From Octopus sinensis (taxonomy: Eukaryota), in contig NC_042999.1 of assembly GCF_006345805.1 (NCBI RefSeq), positions 103,292,001-103,356,000 on the forward strand: 64,000 nt of DNA, written 5' to 3'. This document shows, in pieces, positions 62,881-64,000 of this stretch. How positions within the stretch are numbered: the first letter of the stretch is position 1; every line of letters starts with the position of its first letter. Position numbers and translations under genes: made by a program. Below the pieces are notes generated by a model that worked only from the letters and a program-made list of their open reading frames with translations, had not been told where the DNA came from and did not search any database.

Positions 62881-64000
62881 TGCCTGACAGCGGGGGGAAC
62901 CAGCTGACCTCCCCTGTTCGAAGGTTATAATGAACATGGGTTCGTGTGTCACATAGCTAGCTAGAGGCGATGTCCTCTTGAAACTAATCAACGGCAGCAT
63001 TCGTCCTATATTTCTGGACTGCCATATTAGCTTGGCGATAACTATTAATATGTTACGTGGTACAATTATTAAAAAAAAAATATTTTGTGTAAAAATCCAA
63101 AGATTAACTGCAAAGTTAGTTAATCTTTGTTTCGTTCCATGCTCTATGTTATATTGGGGGAGATTTTATTTCCTGAAAATGAAGATGATGAGTATCAATT
63201 TTCCTGTATTCGGCAGTTGGAATAGACAGTATTGTTCCTATCTATAAAACTTAGAGAATAAGCAAATATATAAATTAATGATAAGAGATTTCTGGTTTGA
63301 AATATAGTCATGATTAACTCGGCTTTATTATCTAAATATAATTATCCGGCTGTAAGATGTCTTCCATACATTTGGCTTAATGATTCGTTTGCGAATTTTT
63401 GAGATATTCAAAGGAATAGAAGTAATATGCTAATAATAATACTTGCTCTAGTTTAATGAAAGATAAGAAATCACTTAATACGATAAGTGATCTGGTTCAT
63501 TATGATTATTCGCATCATTCTGTTCTCATTATATAATTTCGGTATTTATTTGTATCTTTTCTCAATTTTTTGTAACTTTTCTCTCTGTTAAATGCTTAAG
63601 TTTATTGTTGTTCTTGTTGCTGCGATGGAGATGATGAAGCAACTGGTCAGCCATGATTAGAAGCACCAAGGAACGAAGAATTTCTATCCGCGATCATCCT
63701 ACTTTTGTAGACGATGTGTTATAATAAACAGATTACTCAATTAATTTTTCCTTTCTTTTAAATAGTACAATAGGGGTTGAGGAATATGTGACTGCCATTT
63801 CTATCAGGAGAGCCAATATTGCGTGTGCGTAGTTCATCTGAGCTCAGTAGTCTACCGTGGAACTTCGAACATTTCTCTCGGGACTCTATGGTCGTTGAAA
63901 ACCAGACGTATAGTAGACGTTGCTCGTTTGCCTGCTGGGCCTTTCTCCTTTTCGTCTGTCTGTTGGCCACCGGTTTTATAATAATTGTGGCAGCTAGAAG

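Noticed and set aside
63758-63970. 70-aa ORF near the window end
   Set aside because: No recognisable domain or splice support.

Overview
Eukaryotic, AT-rich, repeat-saturated window with one 100-N assembly gap. I could not identify an intact host gene. The SINE, LINE and microsatellite complement matches my recollection of coleoid cephalopod (Octopus-like) genomes; that assignment is an inference. Nearly every long ORF in the supplied track is a microsatellite translation. The real coding remnants are transposon-derived: four R4/Dong-clade (RLE) non-LTR fragments, a Tx1/L1-like fragment, a CR1-like fragment, a full-length but frameshifted DD34D mariner and two mariner remnants. Also present are many tRNA-derived and Nin-domain-like SINEs, MITEs, and Helitron/Helentron-type non-autonomous elements. 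The most notable signal is non-coding. Two related elements (15949-16855 and 22068-22524), both embedded in (TA)n, each carry an inverted pair of type I hammerhead ribozyme motifs, one per strand, with the CUGAUGA/GAAA core, stems I-III and a GUA cleavage site. At least five further hammerhead-like motifs from unrelated families occur in the window, including one with a compensatory U3-A8 core. A second pattern is that R4/Dong fragments and a ~0.5-kb non-coding element sit inside (TAA)n tracts, suggesting a microsatellite-targeted LINE with a non-autonomous partner.
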